From an uncultured Bacteroidota bacterium (GTDB lineage Bacteria > Bacteroidota > Bacteroidia > JABEUT01): a stretch of 64,000 bases of DNA. The position numbers were made by a program, and so were the translations under genes. A model generated the notes under the pieces. It saw only the letters and a program-made list of their open reading frames with translations. It had not been told where the DNA came from and did no database searches. Shown here in pieces: positions 18,295 to 27,151 of the stretch (positions within the stretch are counted from its first letter, which is position 1; each line of letters opens with the position of its first letter). The stretch covers positions 19,322 to 83,321 of the forward strand of contig CAIPDV010000069.1 of assembly GCA_903863935.1 (NCBI GenBank), read 5' to 3'.

Positions 18295-18660
18295 TTACTT
18301 GGTTTTGGTAGCCTTAGCACCTTCTACTTTTTTGGCCGGAACTTTCTTCACTTCTTTTTTTACTGCAGGTTTGGTAGTTGCAGCTTTAGTAGCAGGAGCC
18401 TTTGTAGCTGGTTTTGCAGTTGCTTTTACAGCCGGGGTTTTAGCCGCTTGCTTGGTTGAACTTGCTTTAGTCGTCTTGGTAGCATGCAAGCCGTTCTTAG
18501 CAGCTGCCGGTTGCATCGTTTGTTTTGCAGCCGGAGTTTTGGTGTCTTGTTTTACTGCAATATTTTTACCAACTTTTGGTACATGTTTTACCATTGGAGC
18601 TGCGAAAGCAAAACTTCCAAAGAGAACTGCACCTGCGAGAATTAAACTTAACTTTTTCAT
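18295..18660 (-). CDS. Small secreted Lys/Ala/Thr-rich low-complexity protein, copy 2 of 3 (121 aa)
   Basis: Same signal peptide (MKKLSLILAGAVLFGSFAFA|AP). Same conserved mature N-terminus (VKHV.K...AVKQD.K). Divergent K/A/T-rich repeat body. Confidence 0.5.
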   Translation of the reverse strand: MKKLSLILAGAVLFGSFAFAAPMVKHVPKVGKNIAVKQDTKTPAAKQTMQPAAAKNGLHATKTTKASSTKQAAKTPAVKATAKPATKAPATKAATTKPAVKKEVKKVPAKKVEGAKATKTK

Positions 18661-18698
18661 GACGTTTTATTTTTTATTAGTTGTTAGAATCTGAAAGC

Positions 18699-18706
18699 AA
18701 AATTAC
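18699..18706 (-). promoter_or_regulatory. -7 promoter box TAATTTTG for copy 2
   Basis: Same position within the conserved upstream block as for copy 1. Confidence 0.45.
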
Positions 18707-18857
18707 AGTAGCAGAATGAAGATGGTATGAAGTATTGGGCTATTGGAGTGTTAACGGAAGTTAATATTTGCAAGATGAAGAATAGTATAAAAGTAAAAGT
18801 GAAAAGGCTGCCCGACGTACCCGCCTGACAGCCTTTCAAGAATTTAAGGAAGTGAAA

Positions 18858-19067
18858 TTACTTAGCGGCTTTCTTGTCAGCTTTTTTCTCAACTTTCTTG
18901 TCAGCTTTCTTTTCCATCTTTTTGTCTACCTTCTTGTCTTCTTTCTTATCGGCTTTCTTAACTGCCTTCTTTTCGGTTTTAGGCTTTTCTTGCTTTACAA
19001 CCGGACGAGCAATAGACATTCCTCCGAAGAGTACTACACCTGCTAGGATCAAACTTAACTTTTTCAT
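18858..19067 (-). CDS. Small secreted Lys-rich low-complexity protein, copy 3 of 3 (69 aa)
   Basis: Related signal peptide MKKLSLILAGVVLFGGMSIA, then KKADKKEDKKVDKKMEKKADKKVEKKADKK repeats. Conserved upstream block and downstream hairpin. Confidence 0.45.
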   Translation of the reverse strand: MKKLSLILAGVVLFGGMSIARPVVKQEKPKTEKKAVKKADKKEDKKVDKKMEKKADKKVEKKADKKAAK

Positions 19068-19108
19068 GACTTTTTTGTTTTTAATATTATTTGTTAGAAA
19101 CTGAAAGC

Positions 19109-19116
19109 AAAACTAC
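19109..19116 (-). promoter_or_regulatory. -7 promoter box TAGTTTTG for copy 3
   Basis: Fits the TAnnTTTG consensus, within the conserved upstream block. Confidence 0.4.
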
Positions 19117-19235
19117 ATCAGCAGAATGAAGGTCGTATGAAGATGAATAGTAGTGCAATGTGAAGGAATGTTAAAATAATTAATTGTCCTTTCTGAATAG
19201 ATTCTATTTTTGCGGTCTCATTAAACATAAACATC

Positions 19236-20210
19236 ATGAAAAAAGGACCAATATCAACATTCATTGACAAGAACTATTTGCACTTTAATTCTGCAACACT
19301 GGTAGATGCATCCAATGCCTACATAAAGCACATGGATAAAAAAGGCAAAATGATGATTACCCTAGCGGGGGCTATGAGTACTGCTGAGTTAGGTATCTCA
19401 CTTGCTGAAATGATTCGCAAGGATAAAGTATCTATTATTTCCTGTACCGGTGCAAACTTGGAGGAGGATATCATGAACCTGGTTGCACATAATCATTATA
19501 AAAGGGTTCCGCATTACAGGCAATTGTCTCCTGCCGAAGAATGGGATTTGTTGGAGCATGGCTATAACCGTGTAACGGATACCTGCATTCCGGAAGAAGA
19601 AGCTTTCCGCCGCATACAATCTCATATTCATAAGTTGTGGAAAAAGGCACAAACCTCAGGTAAACGCTATTTTCCACATGAATATATGTATCAACTGCTG
19701 CTTTCAGGAGTGATGAAAAAGCACTATGAGATTGATACCAAGAATAGTTGGATGATAGCCGCAGCAGAGAAGAACCTGCCTATTATTTGCCCGGGTTGGG
19801 AAGATTCCACTATGGGAAATATTTTTGCTTCTTATTGTATAAAAGAAGAGTTGCAACCTAGCATCGTAAAATCGGGTATTGAATATATGATGTGGCTTGC
19901 CAATTGGTATACCCAAAATTCAAAAGGACAAGGTGTAGGCTTCTACCAGATTGGCGGTGGTATTGCGGGTGATTTCCCAATTTGTGTAGTACCGATGTTA
20001 TATCAGGATATGGAAAGGACCGATACTCCATTCTGGGCTTATTTCTGTCAGATATCGGACTCAACTACCAGTTATGGTTCATACTCGGGAGCAGTGCCAA
20101 ATGAAAAGATTACCTGGGGTAAACTGAGCGATAAAACTCCACGTTTTATAATAGAATCAGACGCTACCATTGTGGCTCCGCTGATGTTTGCATACATATT
20201 AGGTAAGTAG
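19236..20210 (+). CDS. Deoxyhypusine synthase-like protein (DHS family)
   Basis: The N-terminal region (GKMMITLAGAMSTAELGISLAEMIRKDKVSIISCTGANLEEDI) resembles the Rossmann-like core of deoxyhypusine synthase and homospermidine synthase-like proteins. Confidence 0.5.
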   Translation: MKKGPISTFIDKNYLHFNSATLVDASNAYIKHMDKKGKMMITLAGAMSTAELGISLAEMIRKDKVSIISCTGANLEEDIMNLVAHNHYKRVPHYRQLSPAEEWDLLEHGYNRVTDTCIPEEEAFRRIQSHIHKLWKKAQTSGKRYFPHEYMYQLLLSGVMKKHYEIDTKNSWMIAAAEKNLPIICPGWEDSTMGNIFASYCIKEELQPSIVKSGIEYMMWLANWYTQNSKGQGVGFYQIGGGIAGDFPICVVPMLYQDMERTDTPFWAYFCQISDSTTSYGSYSGAVPNEKITWGKLSDKTPRFIIESDATIVAPLMFAYILGK

Positions 20211-20286
20211 CAAATAGAGTTTAGGATAATGCTTCACGTCTTTAGATGTGAAGCATTATTCATTTATGTAACTTGCAAAAGTATTT

Positions 20287-21030
20287 ATGACACATACCTA
20301 CAAAATAACCGGAATGACTTGCAGTGGCTGTGAAGCCACCGTGAAAGGTAATTTACTGAAACTGTCCGAGGTTGAATCCGTAGAATTATCAAAGGATACA
20401 GGTATTGCGACTATAGGAATGAGCAAACATCTTTCAGTTTCCGATTTACAGAATGCAATTGGAATAAATAGTAAATATCATATTTCGGAAGATAGTAATC
20501 AGTCATCAGTTGTCAGTAGTCAGTCATCTACCGAGTATAGAAGTTGGTTAGCTACTTACAAACCCCTCATCATTCTGTTTAGTTTAATATTTAGTGTTTC
20601 ACTCATCGCATCTAAAAAGGCTGACGGAACTGTTGAATTTACAACCTGGATGCGGTATTTCATGGCAGGATTTTTTCTTTGCTTTTCATATTTCAAGCTC
20701 ATTAATGTAAAAGCTTTTGCCGATTCATTCAGTATGTATGACATTGTCGCTAAACGTATAAAAACCTGGGGATTTATGTACCCTTTTATGGAACTCGCTT
20801 TAGGTATTTTGTATGCAATGAATTTATACCCGCTATATACCAATATTGCAACCGTTGCCATTATGGGTGTAAGCAGCATCGGGGTAATACAAAGTGTTGC
20901 GAGCAAGAAAAAAATTCAATGTGCTTGCTTGGGTGCAGTGTTTAATTTGCCGATGAGTACTATTACCATTATAGAAGACTTATTAATGGTAGTAATGGCA
21001 GGTGGAATGATTTGGATGGAGTTGAAATAA
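20287..21030 (+). CDS. Heavy-metal-associated (HMA) domain fused to a MauE/DoxX-like membrane domain
   Basis: N-terminal GMTCSGCEATV metal-binding motif. C-terminal ~140 aa have four predicted TM helices with MauE-like features. Confidence 0.5.
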   Translation: MTHTYKITGMTCSGCEATVKGNLLKLSEVESVELSKDTGIATIGMSKHLSVSDLQNAIGINSKYHISEDSNQSSVVSSQSSTEYRSWLATYKPLIILFSLIFSVSLIASKKADGTVEFTTWMRYFMAGFFLCFSYFKLINVKAFADSFSMYDIVAKRIKTWGFMYPFMELALGILYAMNLYPLYTNIATVAIMGVSSIGVIQSVASKKKIQCACLGAVFNLPMSTITIIEDLLMVVMAGGMIWMELK

Positions 21031-21033
21031 GTT

Positions 21034-21354
21034 CTATTTATAGTCCTTACTCTTCATAGCCGTAACATGCCCTGAGTTATTATCAATCCTGAAAATCTTA
21101 TATATCCGGGTTACTATAGTGGAAGGTTTTTTATCCTCAGGGTCAACATTCTCAAAACTCACGGTTATGCTCCAGCTCTTCTTTTCTTCGCTTAACTCCA
21201 CTTCTTCCAGCATAATATTCTTAGCATTCGAATAAAATGACTTAAGGTATTCTATAGCTGCATTGGCAGCTTCTTTTGCATTTATCATAGTAGAGGTTGT
21301 TTTCTTATTATACATCAAAGTTAGCACTATATTTACAACCTCACTTATAGGCAT
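21034..21354 (-). CDS. Hypothetical small protein; true start probably the internal Met (MINAKEAANAAIEYL..., ~84 aa, start near 21288)
   Basis: ORF only. A hairpin + T-tract directly abuts the most upstream ATG, so the longer start is unlikely. Confidence 0.3.
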   Translation of the reverse strand: MPISEVVNIVLTLMYNKKTTSTMINAKEAANAAIEYLKSFYSNAKNIMLEEVELSEEKKSWSITVSFENVDPEDKKPSTIVTRIYKIFRIDNNSGHVTAMKSKDYK

Positions 21355-21614
21355 AAAAAAAGGAAGGTAAGTCGTCCTTACCTTCCGATTGTTAGGCTTT
21401 GCTTGCTAAGCCTAATTTCAACTCGCACTCAATCTGAGATATACTCTGACTGAAACTCAAAGGCAAAAGTATAGTGAACTTAGTCCTTTGTCCATGACAG
21501 GCATCAATTGGGTGAGATGATATTAACATGGACTTAAAGAAAATTATTTATCTTGTGTCCGGAATCTTGCCCTCACTTCGTCATTACAGCATAAACCAAT
21601 AAAACTAAATAGTC

Positions 21615-22034
21615 ATGGCAAAAACAATTGTTCAAAAAGTAGTGTTTAAGAACACAACACCAAAAGCACTTTACGACCTATATATGGATGCTAAAAAGCA
21701 TACCTTAATATGCGGTGCAGATTGCGAAATAACTCCCAAAGAGGGAACTAAATATTCCGTTTACGGAGGATATGCTACCGGGAAAAACCTTCAATTAATA
21801 AAAGATAAACTCATTGTTCAATCGTGGAGGGCGTCGGACTGGGATGAAAACCAAATGGACTCAACCTTTATTATCAACCTTGAACAAAAAGGTAAGGATG
21901 TAGTTTTGAATGCCATTCACGCTAATTTACCGGATAAAGAAGCTAAGAGTATTGACCAGGGCTGGCATGATTTTTACTGGAATCCCTGGAAACAACATCT
22001 AGCAGGCAAACCGATCACTCGTGCAGAAATGTAA
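21615..22034 (+). CDS. SRPBCC-superfamily protein (Aha1/activator-of-Hsp90-ATPase-like domain)
   Basis: ~139 aa with sequence features of the AHSA1/SRPBCC ligand-binding fold. Weak, pattern-based call. Confidence 0.4.
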   Translation: MAKTIVQKVVFKNTTPKALYDLYMDAKKHTLICGADCEITPKEGTKYSVYGGYATGKNLQLIKDKLIVQSWRASDWDENQMDSTFIINLEQKGKDVVLNAIHANLPDKEAKSIDQGWHDFYWNPWKQHLAGKPITRAEM

Positions 22035-22107
22035 ATTATTTTTTCGGTTTGTCCGGAAATGAAAATAGAGAACGGCTTAATAGTATAAATCAACAAACAA
22101 AAACAAA

Positions 22108-22593
22108 ATGAAAAAGTCAAGTTACGAGTCAGAAATTATTCTGAAACTGAACAGCAGATTATTTACCAGTGCATTGGATGGTGTTACCGATGAACATGCC
22201 GCTCAGCAATTAAGTGACCACAATAATCCGTTAAAATGGATTGCGACCCATACCGTCTGGGCAAGGTATAATATGTTGAATATTTTAGGCAAGCCTGCAA
22301 CAAATCCGTATGCCGGAATGTTTGAAAATTTCAGACCTTATAATGCTGCCGACAAATACCCTACACTTGCTGAGGTGAAACAAGAATGGGCTAAAGTTAC
22401 AGCGTTACTCTACGATGCAATGGCTTCAGTAACGGAAGAACACCTTGCCGCTGATTGTCCTTTGAAAAGCCCTATTGGAGATTTTTCAAATGGAGGAACC
22501 TTCGCTTTCCTTGCACAGCATGAGAGTTATGATATTGGTCAAATAGGCTTTTTGAAAAAGTATTACACAAAGGAAGCAATGAAGTATAATTAA
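22108..22593 (+). CDS. DinB/YfiT-like (DinB_2 family) protein
   Basis: ~160 aa helical-bundle protein with conserved His/Asp positions typical of the DinB-like metalloenzyme superfamily. Confidence 0.4.
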   Translation: MKKSSYESEIILKLNSRLFTSALDGVTDEHAAQQLSDHNNPLKWIATHTVWARYNMLNILGKPATNPYAGMFENFRPYNAADKYPTLAEVKQEWAKVTALLYDAMASVTEEHLAADCPLKSPIGDFSNGGTFAFLAQHESYDIGQIGFLKKYYTKEAMKYN

Positions 22594-22679
22594 TTTCAGT
22601 TCATTGTCCGGAAGTAAAAACCTCACACGTCATAGTATCATAAAACAATAAATTAGTAACCTTTAAAACAACAACCAAA

Positions 22680-23024
22680 ATGGAAAAATTCTTGTATTTA
22701 TTCAGAGGGGGTATGGATTATACCGCTGCGTCACCCGAAGCTATGCAGGCAAATATGCAAAAATGGAATCAATGGATGGGTAAGTTAATGCAGGATGGCA
22801 TTATGCAAGGCGGAGAGCCATTGCAAGCTGCATCTAAAAAAGTGGCAGGAAAATCGAAAGTAGTTACCGACGGCCCATTTGCCGAAGCCAAAGAAATTGT
22901 TGGCGGTTATCTGCTCATCAATGCCAATGATATAAACCATGCCGTTGAATTATCAAAAGGCTGCCCCATATTCGAAATGGATGGAAGCGTTGAAGTTCGT
23001 CCTATTCAGAAAATGGAAATGTAA
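22680..23024 (+). CDS. YCII-related (DGPF-like) domain protein
   Basis: ~114 aa. GGEPLQ....GGYLLINANDINHAVELSKGCP matches the YciI-like family. Directly upstream of an ECF sigma factor. Confidence 0.6.
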   Translation: MEKFLYLFRGGMDYTAASPEAMQANMQKWNQWMGKLMQDGIMQGGEPLQAASKKVAGKSKVVTDGPFAEAKEIVGGYLLINANDINHAVELSKGCPIFEMDGSVEVRPIQKMEM

Positions 23025-23026
23025 AC

Positions 23027-24292
23027 TTGCCTTCAAACGAAGACAAATCAGTAAGTACAATGGTTGACCATCTTTTCCGGCACGAGTCGGGAAAGATGGT
23101 TGCCGTTTTAACAAGGGTATTCGGTTTTGCAAACATTGAGCAGGCCGAAGACATTGTTCAGGATACCCTTATTCGTGCCCTTGAAACATGGAGATTTGGT
23201 AAAATACCGGATAATCCTCAAGCATGGCTTTATCGCACTGCGAAGAATAAAGCCATCGATTTAATCCGCCGTCAAAAAGTAAAACACAAAATTGAAAGTG
23301 AGCTTGCACCACTTTTAAAATCTGAATATACATTAGTTCCTTCCATGAATGAAATGTTCCGTGAAAATGAAATTAAAGATAGCCAGTTGAGAATGATGTT
23401 TGCCTGTTGCCATCCGGCTATTGCACTCGAGTCGCAACTTACATTGATGCTAAAAACACTTTGTGGACTTAGTTCAAAAGAGATAGGCAATGCATTTCTT
23501 TCAAGTGAAGATACTATTCAAAAACGACTTTACCGTACCAAAGAAAAAATAAAAGAAGAACGTATTTCGCTCGAGTATCCGGGAGCCGATAGTATGCCTG
23601 TGAGGTTAGATACTGTGCTGAAAGCATTGTATTTATTGTTTAATGAAGGGTACAATTCTTCTCACCCGGAAAAATTGATTCGGGATGATTTATGTGAAGA
23701 AGCTATACGTTTAACACTTCTGCTAACAGAAAACCCGAAGACTAACCTTCCGCAAACCAATGCACTTTTAGCCTTGATGTGTTTTCAGGCTTCGCGCTTT
23801 GGTGCAAGGCTTGATGATAAAGGATTCATGGTGCTTTTAAAAGACCAGGACAGAACTCATTGGAACAAATTCTTAATTCAACGAGGAAATGAATATCTCA
23901 ATAGTGCTGCCGAAGGAGACATGATTCATGAATATCATTTTGAAGCAGCAATTGCATCTCTTCACGCTAATGCAAAATCGTATGAAGAAACTAATTGGAG
24001 TTTAATTCTGCAACTATATAATAGTCTTTCCAGCCGCACACAAAACCCAATGGTGGCTATTAACAGGTGCATTGTATTGGGTGAAGTGGAAGGATATGAA
24101 AAAGCAATTTCAGAATTAGAAAAAATTAAAGGATTTAATAATAATTGCTACTACAATGCATCTCTCGGAGAGATGTATCTGAAAGCAGGCAACAAAAATG
24201 AAGCCATCAGCTATTTTCAAAAAGCACTTGAACTAACTTCCTCCAATGCAGAGATTGAATTGATAAGAAGGAAGATAAATATGTGTAAGTAA
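23027..24292 (+). CDS. ECF-type RNA polymerase sigma factor with a long C-terminal TPR-like extension (ECF42-like architecture)
   Basis: Sigma-70 region 2 (DIVQDTLIRALETWRFGKIPDNPQAWLYRTAKNKAIDLIRRQ) and region 4 (TLCGLSSKEIGNAFLSSEDTIQKRLYRTKEKI). A ~230-aa C-terminal helical repeat extension. A YCII/DGPF neighbour is the known ECF42 context. Confidence 0.6.
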   Translation: MPSNEDKSVSTMVDHLFRHESGKMVAVLTRVFGFANIEQAEDIVQDTLIRALETWRFGKIPDNPQAWLYRTAKNKAIDLIRRQKVKHKIESELAPLLKSEYTLVPSMNEMFRENEIKDSQLRMMFACCHPAIALESQLTLMLKTLCGLSSKEIGNAFLSSEDTIQKRLYRTKEKIKEERISLEYPGADSMPVRLDTVLKALYLLFNEGYNSSHPEKLIRDDLCEEAIRLTLLLTENPKTNLPQTNALLALMCFQASRFGARLDDKGFMVLLKDQDRTHWNKFLIQRGNEYLNSAAEGDMIHEYHFEAAIASLHANAKSYEETNWSLILQLYNSLSSRTQNPMVAINRCIVLGEVEGYEKAISELEKIKGFNNNCYYNASLGEMYLKAGNKNEAISYFQKALELTSSNAEIELIRRKINMCK

Positions 24293-24349
24293 TTTTATTA
24301 TTTTTACTATTCAAACAAATAGTATTAATAACTCTAGAACCAAAACCTT

Positions 24350-24754
24350 ATGAACTGGAAGCTTATTTTCGGATTGTCATTCTTTGGTTTGATAGTTGTA
24401 TTTACAACGGCTTATTTTATACCCTCAACTAGTGCCCCAATTATTGCCTGCTCTGGGATATTTGTTATTTGGGCATATCTGGCAGCGAAATACGCCTTTG
24501 GTAAATATTTTTGGCATGGGTTTTGTATCATTCTTGCAAACTGTGTTTGGGTTGTTGCGGCCCGAATTTTATTATTCAGCACCAACATAGTAAAACACAC
24601 ACGGGAGTTGGATATACGTAACAAAATAGAAATTCTGCATGGGCATTCAAGGCTGGAATTGATAATTATGGGGCTAATTGGAACAATTGCCTTTGCAGTT
24701 GTTCTGGGCTTGTTCTGTGTTATAGCAAGTAAAGAGGTGACGAAGAAGGCATAA
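24350..24754 (+). CDS. Hypothetical small membrane protein (4 predicted TM helices)
   Basis: ORF with hydrophobic segments. No recognisable motif. Confidence 0.35.
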   Translation: MNWKLIFGLSFFGLIVVFTTAYFIPSTSAPIIACSGIFVIWAYLAAKYAFGKYFWHGFCIILANCVWVVAARILLFSTNIVKHTRELDIRNKIEILHGHSRLELIIMGLIGTIAFAVVLGLFCVIASKEVTKKA

Positions 24755-24760
24755 AGATTT

Positions 24761-25291
24761 GTGGCACAAATATCTAATAAACTAAAAGGCGGAGACCTGC
24801 GCTCCTTAGGCAAAACAAAAGTTGTTATTTCTGAAATAACCAATCAAAAGGAATTTGATGAGTTATTTAAAAACTTATTTAATCCCGACAGGCTAGTAGT
24901 TATGCGCGCTGCAGATGCGGTTGAGAAACTTACACAGACACATACGGATTATTTGGATTCGCATAAAAATGAACTTCTTGAATTATTTCAAACAGCCAAT
25001 CATATTGAATTAAAATGGCATCTCGCTCAATTAATACCTCGTTTGATTATTCGATTAAAGTTAAGCGAAGATGAAACTGGCATGGTTTGGGATAGGCTTA
25101 CACAATGGGCCCTGGATAAATCAGGCAGCAGAATTGTAAGAGTTAACTCTATGCAGGGCTTATATGATATTCAAAAGAAATTCCCTGAATTAAAAAAGGA
25201 TTTCACCGATACACTTTTAAAACTCGATAGGGAAACAATACCGAGTTTAGTAGCGCGAATTAAAATTCTAAGGAAGAAGATGAAATCTTAG
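24761..25291 (+). CDS. Hypothetical helical-repeat protein, possibly DNA-alkylation-repair (AlkD/HEAT-like) family
   Basis: ~176 aa, alpha-helical, weak resemblance to HEAT-like repeat proteins. Low confidence. Confidence 0.3.
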   Translation: MAQISNKLKGGDLRSLGKTKVVISEITNQKEFDELFKNLFNPDRLVVMRAADAVEKLTQTHTDYLDSHKNELLELFQTANHIELKWHLAQLIPRLIIRLKLSEDETGMVWDRLTQWALDKSGSRIVRVNSMQGLYDIQKKFPELKKDFTDTLLKLDRETIPSLVARIKILRKKMKS

Positions 25292-25321
25292 CAGTATATT
25301 TACGCAAAGAGTTTTCGTGTA

Positions 25322-27148
25322 ATGAGAGTTGGGTTGTTTTTTTCTTTCTTTTTAATGCCTTTAATAGTGACGGCCCAAACTGTGATACCGCCGGATACAG
25401 CTCATTATTTTTCTATTTATAGTTTTAATTATTACATACCAGATGAATCAGAAACGCCAACTAGCATTGTTCCATCACCAGATGGCAACTCTAACATAGG
25501 TTTAACATTTCAGTCTGAAAGTATAAAAATTTGGCCTAATGTAAATGAGATTGGCCACAAACAATCCTATTTAAGTTTTGATAAATTGGCTTATGAGCAT
25601 TTAATGAAAGAAGCACCTGGAAGCTTTTCCATTTCCGATTTGGTATTCAATCCTCGGATAAAATCAATCAACCGAATCTCATGGAACAGAGAGCCATTGC
25701 TTTCTTTTTACTTGTGGTCGGATATGCATTTTGTGAATTCATTAACCGGTTATATGACTTGTTTTGGAAAATTATACAAAACCATTGATGCCGGGAATCA
25801 TTGGACCAGTTTATTGGATAGCAGTAAGGTAGTGGATAGAGTATTCTATGGTAAACGGAGCGTGTTTGCTGTTTTAACTAATCACGATTATGTTAAAATG
25901 GATGCCTATGGAATAATCCAAAAGATTGGAAGATTCAAATCGGGTAAACATGCTGACCAGATTGCTTCAATCCAATTTCAAAATGACAGTACTGCTTTTT
26001 TTCTTGTTGGAAATGGATTGAATGAAATAAAGTTTGCATTGTATAAATCGGTGAACGATATCATTCAACGGAAGCCACTGTTAAGGAACTTGCCCAACTA
26101 TACCAAAATGATTGTTACCGCAAAATCAATTATCATTTGGGAGAGAGGGAAAGTAATTTTTAAGTCAGATGATGGTGGAGAAACCTGGATTCAATATAGA
26201 GTTTTAGATGCCTCAACCCCTTCCATTCCACAAGTCAACTTAAAGGGATTGTTTGTTGCTCATGACAGCATTATAATGGGATTTGGCTTTTCATATCAAC
26301 CTTATGATGCCTATTTCAGCACCGGCAAAGTGTTGTTTGACCAACATCTCGATTCAGTGGAAACCATCAGCTATAAAAGAAGATTAGAAACGTTTAACAA
26401 AACGGAGAAAGTGAAACACGATTCTCTTACCTATTGCAAGTGCAGGGACTATGCATCTACAATACAAAATCACCGCCAGATTGAAAATGGAACATATATT
26501 CAAACCCAATTGACCTACTTGTTTGACAAGGCTCCGGATATTATCTTAAAGGATGGTAAATTTTGGTATAATCCCAGAGGATTTAACAAAAAGCAAACAG
26601 CCCAAAATGAATCGATGCCTGAAACAAAAGGCGATTATGTTGCATCTGAGAATTCAATTACATTTACCACCAACGAGAAGAATAATTATTTCAACGCTAC
26701 CTATTATTATATGTTCGATGGAAATAATTTTTCTATTTATAAGTGTGATTTGAAAAAGGGACAGACCAACTTAATTCAATTCCATGATTTCGGTAAGGAG
26801 AATGTTTATTATCCACCCGTACCAATAGCTGAATCAGTGGATGAGCATTTTCCTCACGCTTCAGATTATCTCTATTCGTTTACTTCAGACACCAATAAAT
26901 TTATCATAACCTTAACGGATATGTCAGGCAGGGCAATCAATGATGCCTCCATAAAATTTGATGATATATATGCGACACTAGTTTTCGATGGGCAATATTA
27001 TTTTGATAAACGTACGTTGAAAGAGTTTAACCCATTAACAAGTAAACCAACACTGATAGTCATTTCACACCCCGATTACGATCCACTGGTGATAAGCTAC
27101 CCAACTGTAGTTAAGAAATATATTCTACAAAAGAAAAAGAAGAAATGA
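25322..27148 (+). CDS. Hypothetical secreted protein (608 aa)
   Basis: Signal peptide (MRVGLFFSFFLMPLIVTAQT). No recognisable catalytic motifs. Its stop lies 3 bp from the stop of convergent bioD. Confidence 0.4.
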   Translation: MRVGLFFSFFLMPLIVTAQTVIPPDTAHYFSIYSFNYYIPDESETPTSIVPSPDGNSNIGLTFQSESIKIWPNVNEIGHKQSYLSFDKLAYEHLMKEAPGSFSISDLVFNPRIKSINRISWNREPLLSFYLWSDMHFVNSLTGYMTCFGKLYKTIDAGNHWTSLLDSSKVVDRVFYGKRSVFAVLTNHDYVKMDAYGIIQKIGRFKSGKHADQIASIQFQNDSTAFFLVGNGLNEIKFALYKSVNDIIQRKPLLRNLPNYTKMIVTAKSIIIWERGKVIFKSDDGGETWIQYRVLDASTPSIPQVNLKGLFVAHDSIIMGFGFSYQPYDAYFSTGKVLFDQHLDSVETISYKRRLETFNKTEKVKHDSLTYCKCRDYASTIQNHRQIENGTYIQTQLTYLFDKAPDIILKDGKFWYNPRGFNKKQTAQNESMPETKGDYVASENSITFTTNEKNNYFNATYYYMFDGNNFSIYKCDLKKGQTNLIQFHDFGKENVYYPPVPIAESVDEHFPHASDYLYSFTSDTNKFIITLTDMSGRAINDASIKFDDIYATLVFDGQYYFDKRTLKEFNPLTSKPTLIVISHPDYDPLVISYPTVVKKYILQKKKKK

Positions 27149-27151
27149 TTG

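Noticed and set aside
17826-19104. Plus-strand ORFs 17826..18080, 17881..18126, 18299..18694, 18852..19046 and 18874..19104, antisense to the small Lys-rich genes
   Set aside because: They are mirror images of low-complexity AAG/GCN-rich coding repeats. They lack start context. The sense-strand genes have signal peptides, promoters and terminators.
24412-24843. 143-aa minus-strand ORF overlapping the small membrane protein and AlkD-like gene
   Set aside because: It overlaps two co-directional plus-strand genes whose spacing and orientation look operonic, and it has no recognisable features.
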